This document shows positions 12,023 to 25,846 of a stretch of 64,000 nt of DNA, one piece after another. The position numbers and the translations under genes were made by a program. Below the pieces are notes generated by a model that was not told where the DNA came from, did not search any database, and saw only the letters and a list, made by a program, of their open reading frames with translations. The DNA is from Haliotis rubra (Eukaryota). The stretch spans positions 62,001-126,000 of the forward strand of contig NW_025767173.1 of assembly GCF_003918875.1 (NCBI RefSeq), given 5' to 3'. Each line of letters opens with the position of its first letter. Position 1 is the first letter of the stretch.

Positions 12023-14670
12023 ATGCTTTCAGATAAGATGTTGCTGTGCGTCCTGTGCCTGCTCCTTGCCTGCCTTTCTCTGACTCTAGGGAAACAATTG
12101 GACATCTCCTGTAAGCCTTGTGTATGTAGGGTCACACCCAATGGAAAGTTGATCGCCAATTGTAAGGACAAACATCTATCTAACATCCCCAAACAGATTC
12201 CAAATTCAGTATCATACCTGTGTTTGTCTCACAACAGTATTAAGCATCTGCCAGGTGGCTCGTTTCAATGGTTCTCTGCTTTGGAACATCTTGATCTGTC
12301 TTTCAATCAACTGAAAAGATTGCATGTGCACACTTTTGCAGGAGCTACAAATCTGCTACATTTGAACCTCAATGGAAACCATCTCCAACTTAACGAATCA
12401 GCATATCCAGAGGGCATATTTAGAGAGCAGAAAAAATTGCTTACGCTGAACATTGCAAACAACAACAAGATCGCAGATTCAGTATACCCGGATAAACCGC
12501 TTGGTGATCTTACTGCTCTTCAGAGACTTTTCATTGACGGTGTTCGGAATGCCTCGTTTGGGACTGGATTTTCGAAACTGAAGAATCTTACTACGCTGTC
12601 GTTATCAGGCAAAAGGGGCCACTGCTCAGTTCAAACCCTGTTGAATACATCATTTCTCTACACCCCATCTGTCAGGAACCTGGACATAAGCAAATGTAGA
12701 ATCAACTTTATTGAAGCAAGTGCATTCTGGCCATTAAGGCATATTGATACACTCGATATATCTGACAATCAGTATCTAGGGTTTGATCGCATGGGTGAAG
12801 CTATATATGGACTTCGAAATTCTTCTCTAAGCGTTTTAAAGGTCAACAGAATAGTGACAACATTTGCCATAGGGGTTCACCTAAAGAAACACAATACGAG
12901 ATACTTCACTGATCTTAATTTAAAAGAGATTCATATTGATGCAAATAGATTGGAACTCATAGACCAGGAATGCATCGGTCACATGAAAACAGTGGAAATA
13001 ATATCCATGAATCACAATAGAGTGACATTTGGAACCTATCTCCTGAGTCTCGATAGACTGACAAATCTGCGGAAAATTTCTGTTATAACCAGTATTCATC
13101 TAATATCCCCTTCAATCAAGTTGATGCAGTTAGAGGCACATTCCTCTCCCCCAAGCCGCTGCCCTCATTTGATCCCCAGCCAGTGGTTCAATATTCATAT
13201 AACAGCATCCATGCCTGTGAACAATTTGAGGCACATTGCAGCCATAGCCTTTCGTACCGTAACCATCATAATAGTCCCTATTTTGATGTAAAATATAACC
13301 AAACCAGTATCTTACGTCCTCCTTATAAGATACCACTACCTCCAAATGCAACCTATGGAAATATTAGCAACAGCAAATTGAACTATGACATTGTTGAGCT
13401 CAACTTTCAAGCAAACCAATTTAAAACTGTTGACATTTCACACAATATCTTTACAAACTGGATAGGCCCAATACATGAAATTCAAACAATTGAATATTTA
13501 GATCTGTCAGACAATTACTGTAAATATGTATCTCACAGTTTTTTTATGTATGCTGATGGACTAAAAGTCTTAAATATAAGTCGAAATTACCTATCAGTGT
13601 CCCTTCTAGCGGACACAAATGGGCAGATATTTGGCAACCAAACTAACTTGGAAGTCATACGAATCTCACACAATCTTATTCGGGAACTGCCGTCATTGAT
13701 ATTTAGAAGACTTACCAGACTTGAGGTTATTGATTTAAGCTGGAACATGATGTCCTCCTGGAACATTGAAATTAGGCACATGCCGCACCTCCATACCTTA
13801 GACATCTCCGGAAACAGGTATGAAGGCCTTCCAACACACCTGACAAATCAAATTGACTATATCATGAGTAATAGAAACGACACTTTTCATCTGAGCATCA
13901 AGGGTAACATCTTGAAATGTGATTGTTCGACACTGGAGTCATTGGAATGGATTACAAGGCCGTTTATTTCCATTGAAGATCCTGGCAACACAAAATGCAC
14001 CTTATCAGACAGGGAAACAATTTCATTTGTAGATATAGAAAATGTTAAAGCGAAGCTCCAAGTACGTTGCAAAATAGTTATTCCCCTTCTGTCTACAGCA
14101 GTAGTAGGAATACTGCTTTCCATGTTGATATTTGGAGCTGGTATGGTGTACCGATATCGATGGAAGCTACGCTATCTGTACTACACCACAAGACGGAAGT
14201 ACAGGGGGTATCAAAGACTTGGACAAGAAGAAGACCATTTTACTTATGATGCCTTTGTTTCCTATGCTGAGGCAGACAGAGGTTTCGTCATTGAAGAAAT
14301 GCGGGCTGTTCTAGAGAGAACCTACGGCTTGAGGTTATGCATCCATGACCGTGACTTCATGGTTGGTGAAGCCATCACCGCCAACATCATTAATGCTATA
14401 CAGTCAAGCAGGAAGACCATTGCTGTTTTGTCACCTAGCTTTGCAAAGAGCTCCTGGTGTGACTATGAAGTTCACATGGCCAAGTTGGAGAGCATCCACA
14501 CTGGAAGAGATGTCCTATGTGTGTTGTGGTATACCGATATACCGGACAATAGAATCCTCAGTAGAGATATACGGGACATGATTGAGTATGATACGTATAT
14601 TAAGTATCCTACACAAGAAAATGACAAAGAAGAGTTTTGGACGAAAATCAAAGCTGCAATCAGCTTTTAA
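12023..14670 (+). CDS. TLR: Toll-like receptor (signal peptide, LRR-NT, LRRs, LRR-CT, TM, TIR), single coding exon, interrupted by one frameshift near 13085
   Basis: ORF 12023..13291 has a signal peptide, CKPCVC cap and LxxLxLxxN repeats. The second frame is open from 13057 to 14670 with LRRs, NILKCDC..W..C..C, a hydrophobic TM, and TIR boxes YDAFVSY, LCIHDRDF.VG, SRKTIAVLSPSF..S.WC.YE, FW. Confidence 0.93.
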
Positions 14671-15934
14671 GACTGATGTATCTGACGTTAGATGCTTTTG
14701 TATAATGAGATTAAGTGTGATCAGTCCAGCTGACATCAGTTTCTTGGATATTAAAAGCAAGAGACTTGATCGGATTGTCAGCAATACAGGCAAACATGTG
14801 CAGCTCACATGACATATATACCGTTCTATTCATTGAACTTGAACATGATTCACTCATACTTCCCACGAATGGTGATCGGAAGTGTAGGAGACATCGAGGA
14901 TCAAAATGCGTAACATGCTAAATTCGCAAAGTGGAAACACTTATTACGAGACACAACTTGTCTGTGGGGAATGGGAACCTGTTTTAAACTATGCATAATA
15001 ATCGAAGGTTGTTAAAGAATTATCAACAAAGTTACATCCATACTCAAGTGTCCTCCAAGGAGGGGAAGTCCGTATGAATACAAATTTGAAATTCTCGTCA
15101 CGATTGCATACAGCTTGGCGAGCTGCTTGGTGAGGGTCAGGTTGTGATTGTGTTGATGCAGAGTGCTTGCTTATGATAGCAGGAATGACATGTTGGGCCA
15201 AACAGGATTATCGCCGGCTTCAGCCGTCTACAAATGACTAATTTCATCTCCGTGGATTAACAAGCGGCGACGTTTAATCAGCACACGTGACACTGTAACA
15301 TAAGAAAGTTTGAGACTCAAATGTTTAGTTAGCTAGTTCAGTCCATCTACCTGACTGGATTTCTTACAAAACTGACAAAATTGTTCCATAGGTATTTCAA
15401 CTGTCAATCTAGCTCACCTTTGTACATATATGCTTTTCACGAATGAAAATATATCCCAGATCCTCTTTAGATAATCTCTTTTCATGCTCGTTGTTTTCAG
15501 TGAATGAGTGAGTGAGTGAGTTAAAATATAAAGTCACTTTGGCAATATTTCAGCCACATCGTGACTTCAGTGAATGAACAGGGATAGGGTAGCAAGTCCT
15601 TACAGTTCATGTCAACACCTATCCCATGTAACATGTTATATAGTTCGAATTGTAATGTCACTGCATGCTTTATATTATTGTGTTAGTTAACAAGTGTATG
15701 TAAAACAGAAACAGTCATGCATTGTGTATTTGTATTTTAGTTAAATCTATCAAATGAACACATATGTAAGTAACTGGTCAGCTACAATTTTTTATTTCGG
15801 ACTAGTTCATGGCACTGAGGATAATGTGCAAATTCAAGTTACTTAAGTATTTGAAGATTTATAAAGTTGTGATAATATTTGTGAATTATCCTTTTTCATT
15901 CATAATGCTTTCCATATTATAGCAAGAGGAATAA

Positions 15935-16810
15935 CATTCAGTTGCGATAGCTTCTCCGAACAGTATCCGTCTAAATTGATTTGTATATATGGGTTTTCTA
16001 ACGAATGATTTATATCCATTATATGGCCATCCCTTTGCACAAGATGCCGACAAAATTTTGTGTAAATCTATCTACAACAAGGACATTCAATATTATGAGA
16101 AACTGGTAACTGATTATGTATTGCTTGTACTATGTGAATAATTTTGTGTCAATGAATGTAACTAAGTCATAAAATAATCTTGATTAATTTTGTAAATAAA
16201 CGTAGGAATCAATGAAAGGAAGCATTCGAAAGTAATACCAGGAAGGACAACGGCTGCATATCAGTCAAGTGTTAGACACTCGTGTTTCGTGACTTTTTGT
16301 TATGTTTCCTGTTTATGTGGTATCACCTGATTAACCCTACAACGTGACTGATGGCGGGGAAGTATTTGGTTCCTTTTAGTATCACTAATAGGTAGTACCA
16401 TTTTGGTTTGTCGAAAACTTGCATTGAAAGATTATAAAAGCTGTTGGTAATATTGTCATAGTTTTAGCTGCAGTGAAATACCCATGCCCCCATTTATCAC
16501 TGATAAGAGTTTCCAGATCATCACCATGGGAATATACATACAGTTACGATAAGCTTCTACGAACAGTATTCGGTTACATTGATTGTGTACATATGGGTTT
16601 TGACGAATGATTTATATCCTTTATTTGGCCATCATTTGCAGAAGATGAAACAAAATGCTCAAAATCTATCTATTACAAGGACATACAATATTATGTGAAA
16701 CCTGTAACTAATTATGTGTGGCTTGTATTATGTGAGCAAAATGCATCGTTCTCGATTACCTTTGTAAACAAACGTATGAATCAATGGACGAAAACAGTCG
16801 GAGTTAATAC
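15935..16810 (+). repeat. Diverged direct repeat of about 300 bp (15935..16240 vs 16538..16810)
   Basis: Shared blocks such as gaacagtat, acgaatgatttatatcc, aaatctatcta, acaaggacat.caatattatg, aaacgta.gaatcaatg. Confidence 0.75.
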
Positions 16811-18394
16811 AAAAAGCAATTCCTTTGCAAACTTGCCTATTATTTTGTTGGATTAGTTTTTATGAATTTCCGATGATCAATGATGCTGAATCATGTCTCT
16901 TACTTCTATCACTACGTTGATATTGTTGGCTGGTTGTATTCACGCCAGCTAAACAACCCCGGAAATGAGTACGGCGAAACCATACTACGCTTGGTTTATT
17001 GGCCAAGCGGACTTCCTGCTCAGTCCAAATTATATAGCAATGTTTTTACGTGTAACTACCTTATCGGGCCGACACTTTGGTCCGAAATCCGACATAATGA
17101 GAGTCCGAGATACAAAACATTTTTATTATGACAACAAAGAAGGATTACGTCGGGACCGTGAGTTTAGTCCTGTTTATACAGCAATCCGAGAAAGACAGGG
17201 TCCGAGTTTGACAGACTGCACTGTAGATAATAAGCAAGAAGTGGTTATCCTTGAACAGTGAACCTCTTTAAACTTTAGGCCTTTTCGTACATATTACCTA
17301 ATGCTGCATAGTAACATTCAAATTCACATTTCGCTTCATGATGCAAGTCATTGTTACTGTTTCAACATGTCTGTTTCAAAATTTGATCTTTTGTATATTA
17401 CACTTTGACACTCTATGAACCTTTTTTCTCATAACCATCTCCCCTTCTTCCATCAACTCTTCCAAAAGGAAAGAAATGTCCACTTCTTAAAACATCACCT
17501 CCATCACTATTGCTCACCCAGTCTCCTGTGTTCATGCATTTAGAATGATAATATCACTAACTGCAAACATTCTGATAATACTGCCACAGTTATAACCACT
17601 TTATGCCAAGATTTAGTTTTGTAGTTTCATAATACCTTCCATATATTTCTGTAGCTTACTGTTATCATCAACAGTGCATAGTATGCTCTTATACTGTCAC
17701 TATTCAGTGTTTGACTCTTTCTTCTGTAGTTCACCGTATATACGGTTTATACGGGCGTTTTTATTTAATAAACTTTTCAACTCATGGTTGCATTGCTTTG
17801 CTTGACAATTATGTATATGAGATTTACTGGGCAAGGAACTTTTGATACGTTGCATCAATGTACACTTCCATTGTCTGACTCAGGGAGTAGACTCTCAAAG
17901 TAGGTGACAATATATTGTGATGTATTTATAGTAACCGGACTGACCTCGATAATCAACGTTCATGTTTTTATTTATATGGGCAACCCCTAAGAACCAAATA
18001 CCTAATAATATCTACATCATGTAAGTAAATAATTTGATCAACAAAAATATGCATCATGTTAAAAGGACACCAATTGTTATAATAGATACAGGTGGTACTT
18101 GTTGCTATTCTTCCAGGTGCTCGGCTATAAGAAAAATAGAAACATTTACTGATCGAGCACGCACGCACTCACGCGGGCACACGCACGCACGCACGCACGC
18201 ACGCACACAATCAAACATGCTAACTTATGGAGACGACGTTAAACCAAGTTGTACTTCAGCTGCAAACTAGAATGTGTGCGGTTCCGTTCCTCGCCACACC
18301 ACATCAATGACGCTCACAAATGTTACTTGTTGCTTCCCCTCGCCTACCATTCGGCATGACGGGATGAGGACCTGTTGGCTGGGAGACCATACTA

Positions 18395-19909
18395 TACTGA
18401 GTCAAAAAAGAAACTTCACAAAATGTAATTTGAAAAATAATGAATCATTTATTTCTGATGATACATCTATGTATCAGAAATGGGATCCCTATCTTTCGAC
18501 TCTAGAAAAACGTTAGCAAACCTCAATCAAACCCATCCATTCGTCGTGCTATGATGTTAGTGCCAAATCAGGTTTTGCACGTGCAGTCGATCACGTGATC
18601 TTCGCATCGAAGTTTTCGTCATTTCGTGTTTGCATTGGCCTCAAGAACTGAAAAAAACACTTTTAAACCACAGTTCTAACGGTACTTGAAATGCCACGAT
18701 TGTCAAATGTGCAACGTGAACGTGCCGTTGGCATGTGGCAAGCGGGAAGATCAGTTATTGACGTCGCCAGAGCAATGGGATGCAGCCGTCGTACTGTGAA
18801 TGACTTGCAAGGTCGTCTACAACAAACTGGCATCACTTCTGATCGCCCAAGGTCGGGTCGTCCACGTGTGACGTCTCGAGCAGAAGACCGTCAAATCGTC
18901 CTACGCCACCTACGTGATAGATTTCTGCCGGCTACACGAACCAGGGCTGAGATGTTTAGAGGTCGACTGTCCTCACAGACCATTCGAAATCGGTTGCGGA
19001 CTCCCAATCTCCATTCTCGACGTCCATATCGTGGGCCAATATTGACGACATTTCATCAACGTCAACGTCTGCTGTGGGCCCAACGTCACCTCCGATGGAC
19101 CCAGAGAGACTGGAATCGAGTCTTCTGTAGCGATGAATCCTGGTTTACCCTCAGCTTCGCGGACGGAGACGACGTCGTGAACGGTATGCCCAATTTTGTG
19201 TACAGGAAGTCGACAGATTCGGGGGCGGAAGTTGCATGGTGTGGGGTGCTTTCTGTGGGAACAACCGTTCCCGACTTCTGGTCATCCGTGGAAACCTCAC
19301 AGCTGCTGCTTACCGCGACCAGGTGCTCACCCCTGAACTCGTTCCTTTCATGGCGGCTCATGGCCCAGGTCTACATTTCCAGCATGATAATGCTTGGCCG
19401 CATACCGCGATGTTGACACGAAATTTCCTTCAAAACGCTGGAATCAACGTCATGGATTGGCCATCGAGGTCCCCTGACCTTAATCCAATAGAGCACGTTT
19501 GGGATGCACTTGGGAGAAGGCTTCGTGGTCTTAGGAACCAACCTCAGAATTTGCAGGAACTTGGCGCTGCCTTGCAAGAGCAATGGTGCAGAATCCCAAA
19601 CCACCTGTTCACAAGCATCAGGCAGTCGATGAGGAGACGGTGTTTGGCAGAGGTGAATGCGCGGGGCGGCCATACACGATATTGAACTGATAAATTTCGC
19701 GTTTTTATTCTTATGACTTGACATTCTGCACACCCATGTTTTGGAACGGCGGTGTAGCCTAATGGAACTGATTATGGCACTGTCAGTGTATCGAGTACAT
19801 CACACAGATCTCAGCAATTTAATAATAACAATTTAACCATCTTACCATCTCTTGTTTTCTTTTATAGTGCCCTGAAGAAAGAATGTGAAGTTTCTTTTTT
19901 GACTCAGTA
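18395..19909 (+). mobile_element. Full-length Tc1 (DD34E) transposon with frameshifted transposase
   Basis: Perfect 26-bp TIRs tactgagtcaaaaaagaaacttcaca with TA TSD, enclosing the transposase at 18691..19685. Confidence 0.95.
18691..19685 (+). pseudogene. Tc1 transposase with one frameshift near 19165
   Basis: HTH, GRPR, FCSDESWF, MVWGAF, QHDNA-34aa-E (SPDLNPIEHVW), GGHTRY. Confidence 0.92.
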
Positions 19910-20343
19910 TATATCTGAGTGGAGTATTCACGTTAAACTGCGACCTGGTATCTGGCTGGGCTGTTATCATCAAACCGACGTTAGTAAGGGGGAGGGCAAG
20001 CACAATACAAAAACAAACAATCAATTCCGAGTGTCATGTTAGTGTGCGGCCACCAGACGTATCTTAATAAATACGGATCCCACAGCCTGAGACGTAAAAT
20101 CAGTTCGACAATGACATGAAACAGCAATGTCCATAACGTTTGATACTGTTCACCCAGGAAACACTCTAATCATTACTCTTCCTGAAGATCTAACCATCAT
20201 TACTTGTACAAACCCTCTGGGTGACTTGCTTGTGGGAACTTCATATCAAGGATGAGTAACAAGACTAAGTCCCAAAACACAAACGTTAAAGAGCCTTTGT
20301 AAATAATTTATTTAAACGTAATAGGGAAATAATGCTGGTTCAG

Positions 20344-23300
20344 TTATCCGATAATGGTACCGTGGCCTTGTGATTGGCATGCCGCGATGTTGGCGTCAGG
20401 GATGACGATGAAGCCGAAGGAGTTTCCGGGTACTTTCATCGTCCCACTTCCCAAAGATCTTGGCATCATGTGTGGTATTTGGTTATTGACAAGTTCCAGT
20501 GTTTTGCCATTGAGTTGGACTTTTCTGGAAAGAAAATGAAAACTGGCAAATGTCTCTCAAAGTTATCCTCATAATTTGAACCAATTATTTATGAACCGAC
20601 TTACGACACAGTGATAACTGAAACACGGACACAGTCCTTAAGCTCAAGAGTTGACGGGGCAGTGGGGTAGCCTAGTGGTTAAGGCGTCCGCTCGTCACGC
20701 CGAAGACCCGGGTTCGAATCCCCACATGGACACGATGTGTGAAGCCCATTTCTGGTGTACCCCGCAGTGGTATTGCTGGAATATTGCTAAATGCGGCGTT
20801 AAACCATACTCACTCACTCACTCACTAAAGAGTTGACAGAAAACATATCATGTTATACAAACGTTGACGTAAGGTCTCCTCCCTCCGGAGTCAGCCAGAA
20901 TCTGTCCATGCTATTGATGTTCAGATCCGATATAGTCAGGAGTACGGGGTCTTTATTCAAGTTGAGGGCATACACTGTGATGCTTCCAGGCTTGTAGTTA
21001 TATACGCTGAAACATCAAAAGTGATGTCATAACATATGTCAATATGTAGGATTATTACTAAACCTACTAGAGTCATTTCATTTTTTTTAAATATCATACA
21101 ATTGACTTGTGAGGACATGATGTCAAGTGATATCATTTGTTTTTAGTAAAACAAACCAAAATGAACCAGTTATGTCAAAACAGATGTCGTGAAAATTTAT
21201 TGTTTGTGAAAATATCCTCGAATTGCTTTGACCGACCTGTGAGGACACAATGGCGTCATAATGTTGGATTAATGTCACGTGTGTATAGCTACTATGCTTA
21301 TTCAGATGGCAGCCACGAGACTGCTACATGAAACATTACATTGTAATTCATCTTTGTGACCCTTTGAACCGCGATGATATATTCATGACATATGCCAATA
21401 CGGCAGCTACAGAAGATTAGTGCAGAAGGAAAAACTAATCAACATTTTCATGTGTAAATGGAAAGACAGCTGTGAAAATAATAGGAATGGATCAATGAAA
21501 AAACAGTAGGGACACCGGGTGTTCGCCTGAAAATGGAAGTATACTGGACAAAATAAGTTAGGGATATTGGTATTTTTATGATTGATATTTTATCGGTGTG
21601 TCAATAAATAAACGGATCATATTTTATAATTTCAAAATTTAAATATATCCCTAACTATTTTTGTCTAATATATATATGTTCTGCCTGACGCGGCACAACA
21701 GTACTCCAGCCATGCAACAGAGGCATGTAAACAGACCAGATAATCAAGTTGTTGATGAAACGCAAAATACAGTTAGATAAGTTTGAATTGCGACTCCTAT
21801 GTAGAAGTACAGAGATTCGAATGAATGTCAGTAAAGAAAAGTGTTTCGGAACAGATTTGCTTTGCAACACATTAAGGGGGCACGTTTAATGTTTTGTAGT
21901 TGACTCTGCATACTAAAATATGCTATTTATCCCCAATATTCTCGGGAACTTCAGTTGAATTAAATATAGGACGTCAGTGCGAAAGAAAAATGCAGTCTTA
22001 ACTATCCTCGGCAACAAATTCCGTTTGGTGTAAAGGGAAAAACCGCTGTGAAACGTACAGAGCAAAGCATTCGGCTCAGAAAACACCCTGCACCCTGAGA
22101 TGATGTTCTTTACTTCGGCTACAGTATTGGGTTTAATTATGGCAAACATTATTTTTCAAATTCAGTGTGTGCATATTATGACTTTGATATAATGTTCTTA
22201 CAATGTTGGTAATTCATATATGTATAGCATATGCAACATTCACACAATTAGATGAAATGTCTAGATGACCAGAACTCTACCTGCAATATTTTGGAATGTT
22301 GGGTGTCTTCGTTCGAAACATGTATGGATACGATAGAGAATGATAATCCTATTTATTGTTTCATCGTTTCTTGCTGGAAAACCGAATTGTATTTGGATTT
22401 AAATTAAATGTTTTGTGAGTTGAGTTTTTTTCGAGAAGCCAAACAACGTTCCATTCATGCCCATTGTGGACGTCGTTCTTTTCATTCTAAAAGATATGTT
22501 TAAGTATGATAAAGGTGAATGTTTTCGAGTATACGCTTTACAAGTTTTGTAAAAGTATATGGTTTAACAACTCACTTGTTAAGCTTCGTACAGTGGGCAT
22601 ACAGTCGGATGCTGGTAGATGAAGATGGAACATCAAATACTTTGTTGCCAACAAGTCTCTTGTAAAGAAGCGTCAACCAATAGTCCTGTGAGAAGAAATT
22701 ATTGTGTTCCTCTATAAGAAAAACAGGATTGACTTCTGTGTTGTTCTGTGCCAATTCAAGCTGTTCTAACAGGACATTGAAAATAGCTGTTAAAGTAGTG
22801 ATTGTCGAAATATTCCATAATAATAAGTTTTTTAAAGGTCTTCAACGATCCTTGTCAAGAGACTTTGCAGTCGGCCAAAACTACATTGTTAATCGTTAAT
22901 ATGACATAGTACATTTTGACATTACTTAAGAATACATACAGGAGTAGGGTCGTTGTTGCTGTCAGTAAGCGAGTAATGCCCTCCGAAGAGTGACTGGCGG
23001 AGGACCCTTTTAAAACCATATTTTGCTGATACACCTAGTTTATCAAGCCACCTAAAAATAAGAATCATCATCATATATCCGTACATGTACACATCCTTTC
23101 TTAAGACACATAGGAAACTGGAATATTATTTTGCTGCACAGATACTAAGACATCAGCAATGGTACACCATAAACATGTATGCTTGAACATACAAGTGATT
23201 CCAGTTTTCCCAAATGTACCCCCTATTATCATCTAGCAAGCATGTTTTGTCAATTGTCATCAACATCAACGTATACTGGCGCTCCCTCGGAAGTGCTCTG

Positions 23301-25846
23301 GTTGACGTTATTCTGCTGTATTCAATGTTTCTCACTGACCCTTCTTATAGAAAACTTCAAACCAAAATCCTTTGGATAACTATAATACTCACAGATTGCC
23401 TGCCACATATCTATCGTCTATACCAGGAGTGCCGCCCCCATAGCCAGAAGAAGTCTCCCCTAGCCACGCCACCAGACCATGATAGCTTCGGACTGTATTC
23501 ATCACTGACTGTAGTTCAGGTATAATACGGTCCATTATTGTATAGTCAGAAAAATCTTGGAGTTTGGCGGTGTGTCCATCAAAGTAGTAACTGAAACAGG
23601 AATTTTTAACTGTGTTACTGTATACACAACAATCACTTAAACAAATGGAGAACCGGGTTCAAGTCACCACACGGATACGATGTTTAAAACCTATTTCTGG
23701 TGTTCCCCTCCGTGATATTACTGGAGTATTGCTACTGACATACTCATTGTAGGCCCTGATACTTCCCCACCCTGAAGGAAGGTACTCACTGATGGATGGT
23801 CAAGACGTCTATGACACTGGCTCCACCCAAGGACAGGAAGCTGGAAGGAACGGTCACTTTTCACAGGTAGTAGGGACGAAACGTTTGTGGAAATGGATTC
23901 TCTTGTGTATGAAACTTTTACGCTTTTAAGTGGTTTTAATATGATTTTGTACTTTTCACACTTTTGATGTGAATTGATGCAATTTCTATTTTGTACATAC
24001 TTTTTAATGAACTTGTCTTTATAACCGGCTATGTCAGGTCCAAGGATGAGACTAGACTTATAGGCCGTTCTTTGGAGGACTTGTTTTAGGTCCTTGAAGT
24101 CACTTGCCACCTGAGCATCACTGATTGTAATGTTCCGATGTCGGAAATACAAGTTTGGTTCTTCATGAAAAATAGGTACAATTAAAATAAATTCAGCAAG
24201 CACGATATAAATATCTGGTAACGGTATCAATTTATCATGGAATAAATAACAATGCGAAGTTCAAAATGTAATATTAGTGATGAAAATCTGCTCTCGTTCT
24301 TCACGATAATGTGAAAAGATCACCCTGTGTGCATGCGGGATGAAAGTATTCACAATCTCCAGGCGGTTGGATTCCAGTGGTCCTTTAAAAACGGAAAATT
24401 AACCAACCTGACTACCGATCCATTCAGTCACCTCATACAAGTTAAGGTTGTTCGGGACCTCCTCCTCAGGACATCCCCAGCAAGAATAACTTTTTATGTG
24501 TTGTAAATGCCCCTGAAACCTACCATTTCCCAGTTCAATCCCTGCAAAAGGATATCCTTTGTCAGAGGAATATTTGAGCAGCAGCTTTGCATTTGATGGA
24601 TTCCACCTCGTTACGTTGCGGAGTACCAGGTTGAGACCAATCACCAGTTTGAAGCCAATCTTGTGAACAAACATGTTAAGATCATCCCAGGTGTTTGCTG
24701 AAAATAAGTGTTTCTAGATCAGGCATCAGATAATACATTCTTTCAGTTGTATATCTTGAATGTAGAGACAAATCACACTTGGATTTCGTGAACTCAGAAA
24801 TATGGAAATTCATCATTCAAAACGTACATGTAGATTCAAGGTCTTTCTGGGGAAGGTTTGTTCTAGAAAGATGCAACAATGTTATTTTGCTGTCACGATC
24901 TGACATCAAATAATACATTCTTACAGTTGTATATCTTGAATATAAAACACTTTAAACAAGATTATGTGAACACAGAAACATGAAATCTGTCTTTCAAAAG
25001 GGGACTCATTGGTGAAGGTGTTTGCTAGAAGGATGGAACAATGTTTTATAGCTTTCACCTGGGAGCTGGAACTGGTCTCCAGTAGCAATGTTGTGGGTCG
25101 GGTCAAACACCATGTAGTCCAGTGACGAGCCACCGATTCTCAGATGCCCTGGAGCTACAGCTTTTCCCAGAGTCAGCAGTTTGGGAGAACTGTTAAAACA
25201 AACACGTTTTGTGTGCTTCTTGAACCATGGTAATAATCAAGCTATATTCCCTGGATGAATGTAGTCCCTACAGGCTATTCTTACCAAGATTACAAAGAAC
25301 GTCACAAGACGTTTTATTCACAATGTGTTTTGTCCAGGTTAAAAGGCCCCGGTAAAGCTGTCTAAACGTCTTATGGTATTCCCTATTTATACTTGCACCA
25401 TATGTTCACAGACGAATAACTGACTTTACTTCGCACCGTTTTTTGACAAGTGCCGCTGATGGACCAGAATGCACCCGACCTGGTATCATCTCTATTTCAT
25501 AATGTTCATGATACAATCCAGACTTCTACTGTGGAAAGTGTTCATGGCATTTATTTGTGGATATAAATGTATATTTTCATCCGGAACCTCGATTTGCAAA
25601 CAAATCCGTCAACCAAGTAACAAACCAATCAGACATATTTGCCCCGATGTTTTATTACCTGACATTGTGATACTTCAGATTAGACCTCAGTTGACTGCCG
25701 GCGATGGTGACGCCAACAAACATGTCATCTATCACCTGCAACACGTGGTTAGTTTTCACCCTGATATGTTCGGTGTGTAGGGACACAGTAAACGGCTGTA
25801 TCAAAGCCAGTCCAAATAAACACAAGATCATGATATCCGCGAACAT
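20344..25846 (-). CDS. HPSE: Heparanase-like glycoside hydrolase family 79, copy A (10 exons, 482 aa)
   Basis: GT-AG exons 25846-25659, 25189-25059, 24697-24524, 24160-24001, 23840-23790, 23590-23393, 23051-22940, 22685-22576, 21006-20863, 20524-20344 total 1449 nt in frame. Motifs: [26 protein letters not shown] (acid/base), [19 protein letters not shown] (nucleophile), WLDKLG, RQ, PDYW, RLYAHC, VQLNG. Confidence 0.93.
20656..20827 (+). mobile_element. tRNA-derived SINE family A in the last intron of heparanase copy A
   Basis: A box tagcctagtgg, B box ggttcgaatccc, (actc)n tail, 10-bp TSD aagagttgac. Absent at the homologous site in copy B. Confidence 0.9.
24724..25053 (+). repeat. Diverged tandem duplication (about 180 bp) inside intron 2 of heparanase copy A
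   Basis: catca.ataatacattctt.cagttgtatatcttgaat...gaaggt.t..tctagaa.gatg.aacaatgtt occurs twice. Confidence 0.7.

Noticed and set aside
20656-20730. tRNA gene (also 44823, 57140, 4270-4360)
   Set aside because: A/B boxes run into shared SINE bodies and tails with TSDs (or are degenerate, at 4270-4360); no convincing full cloverleaf.
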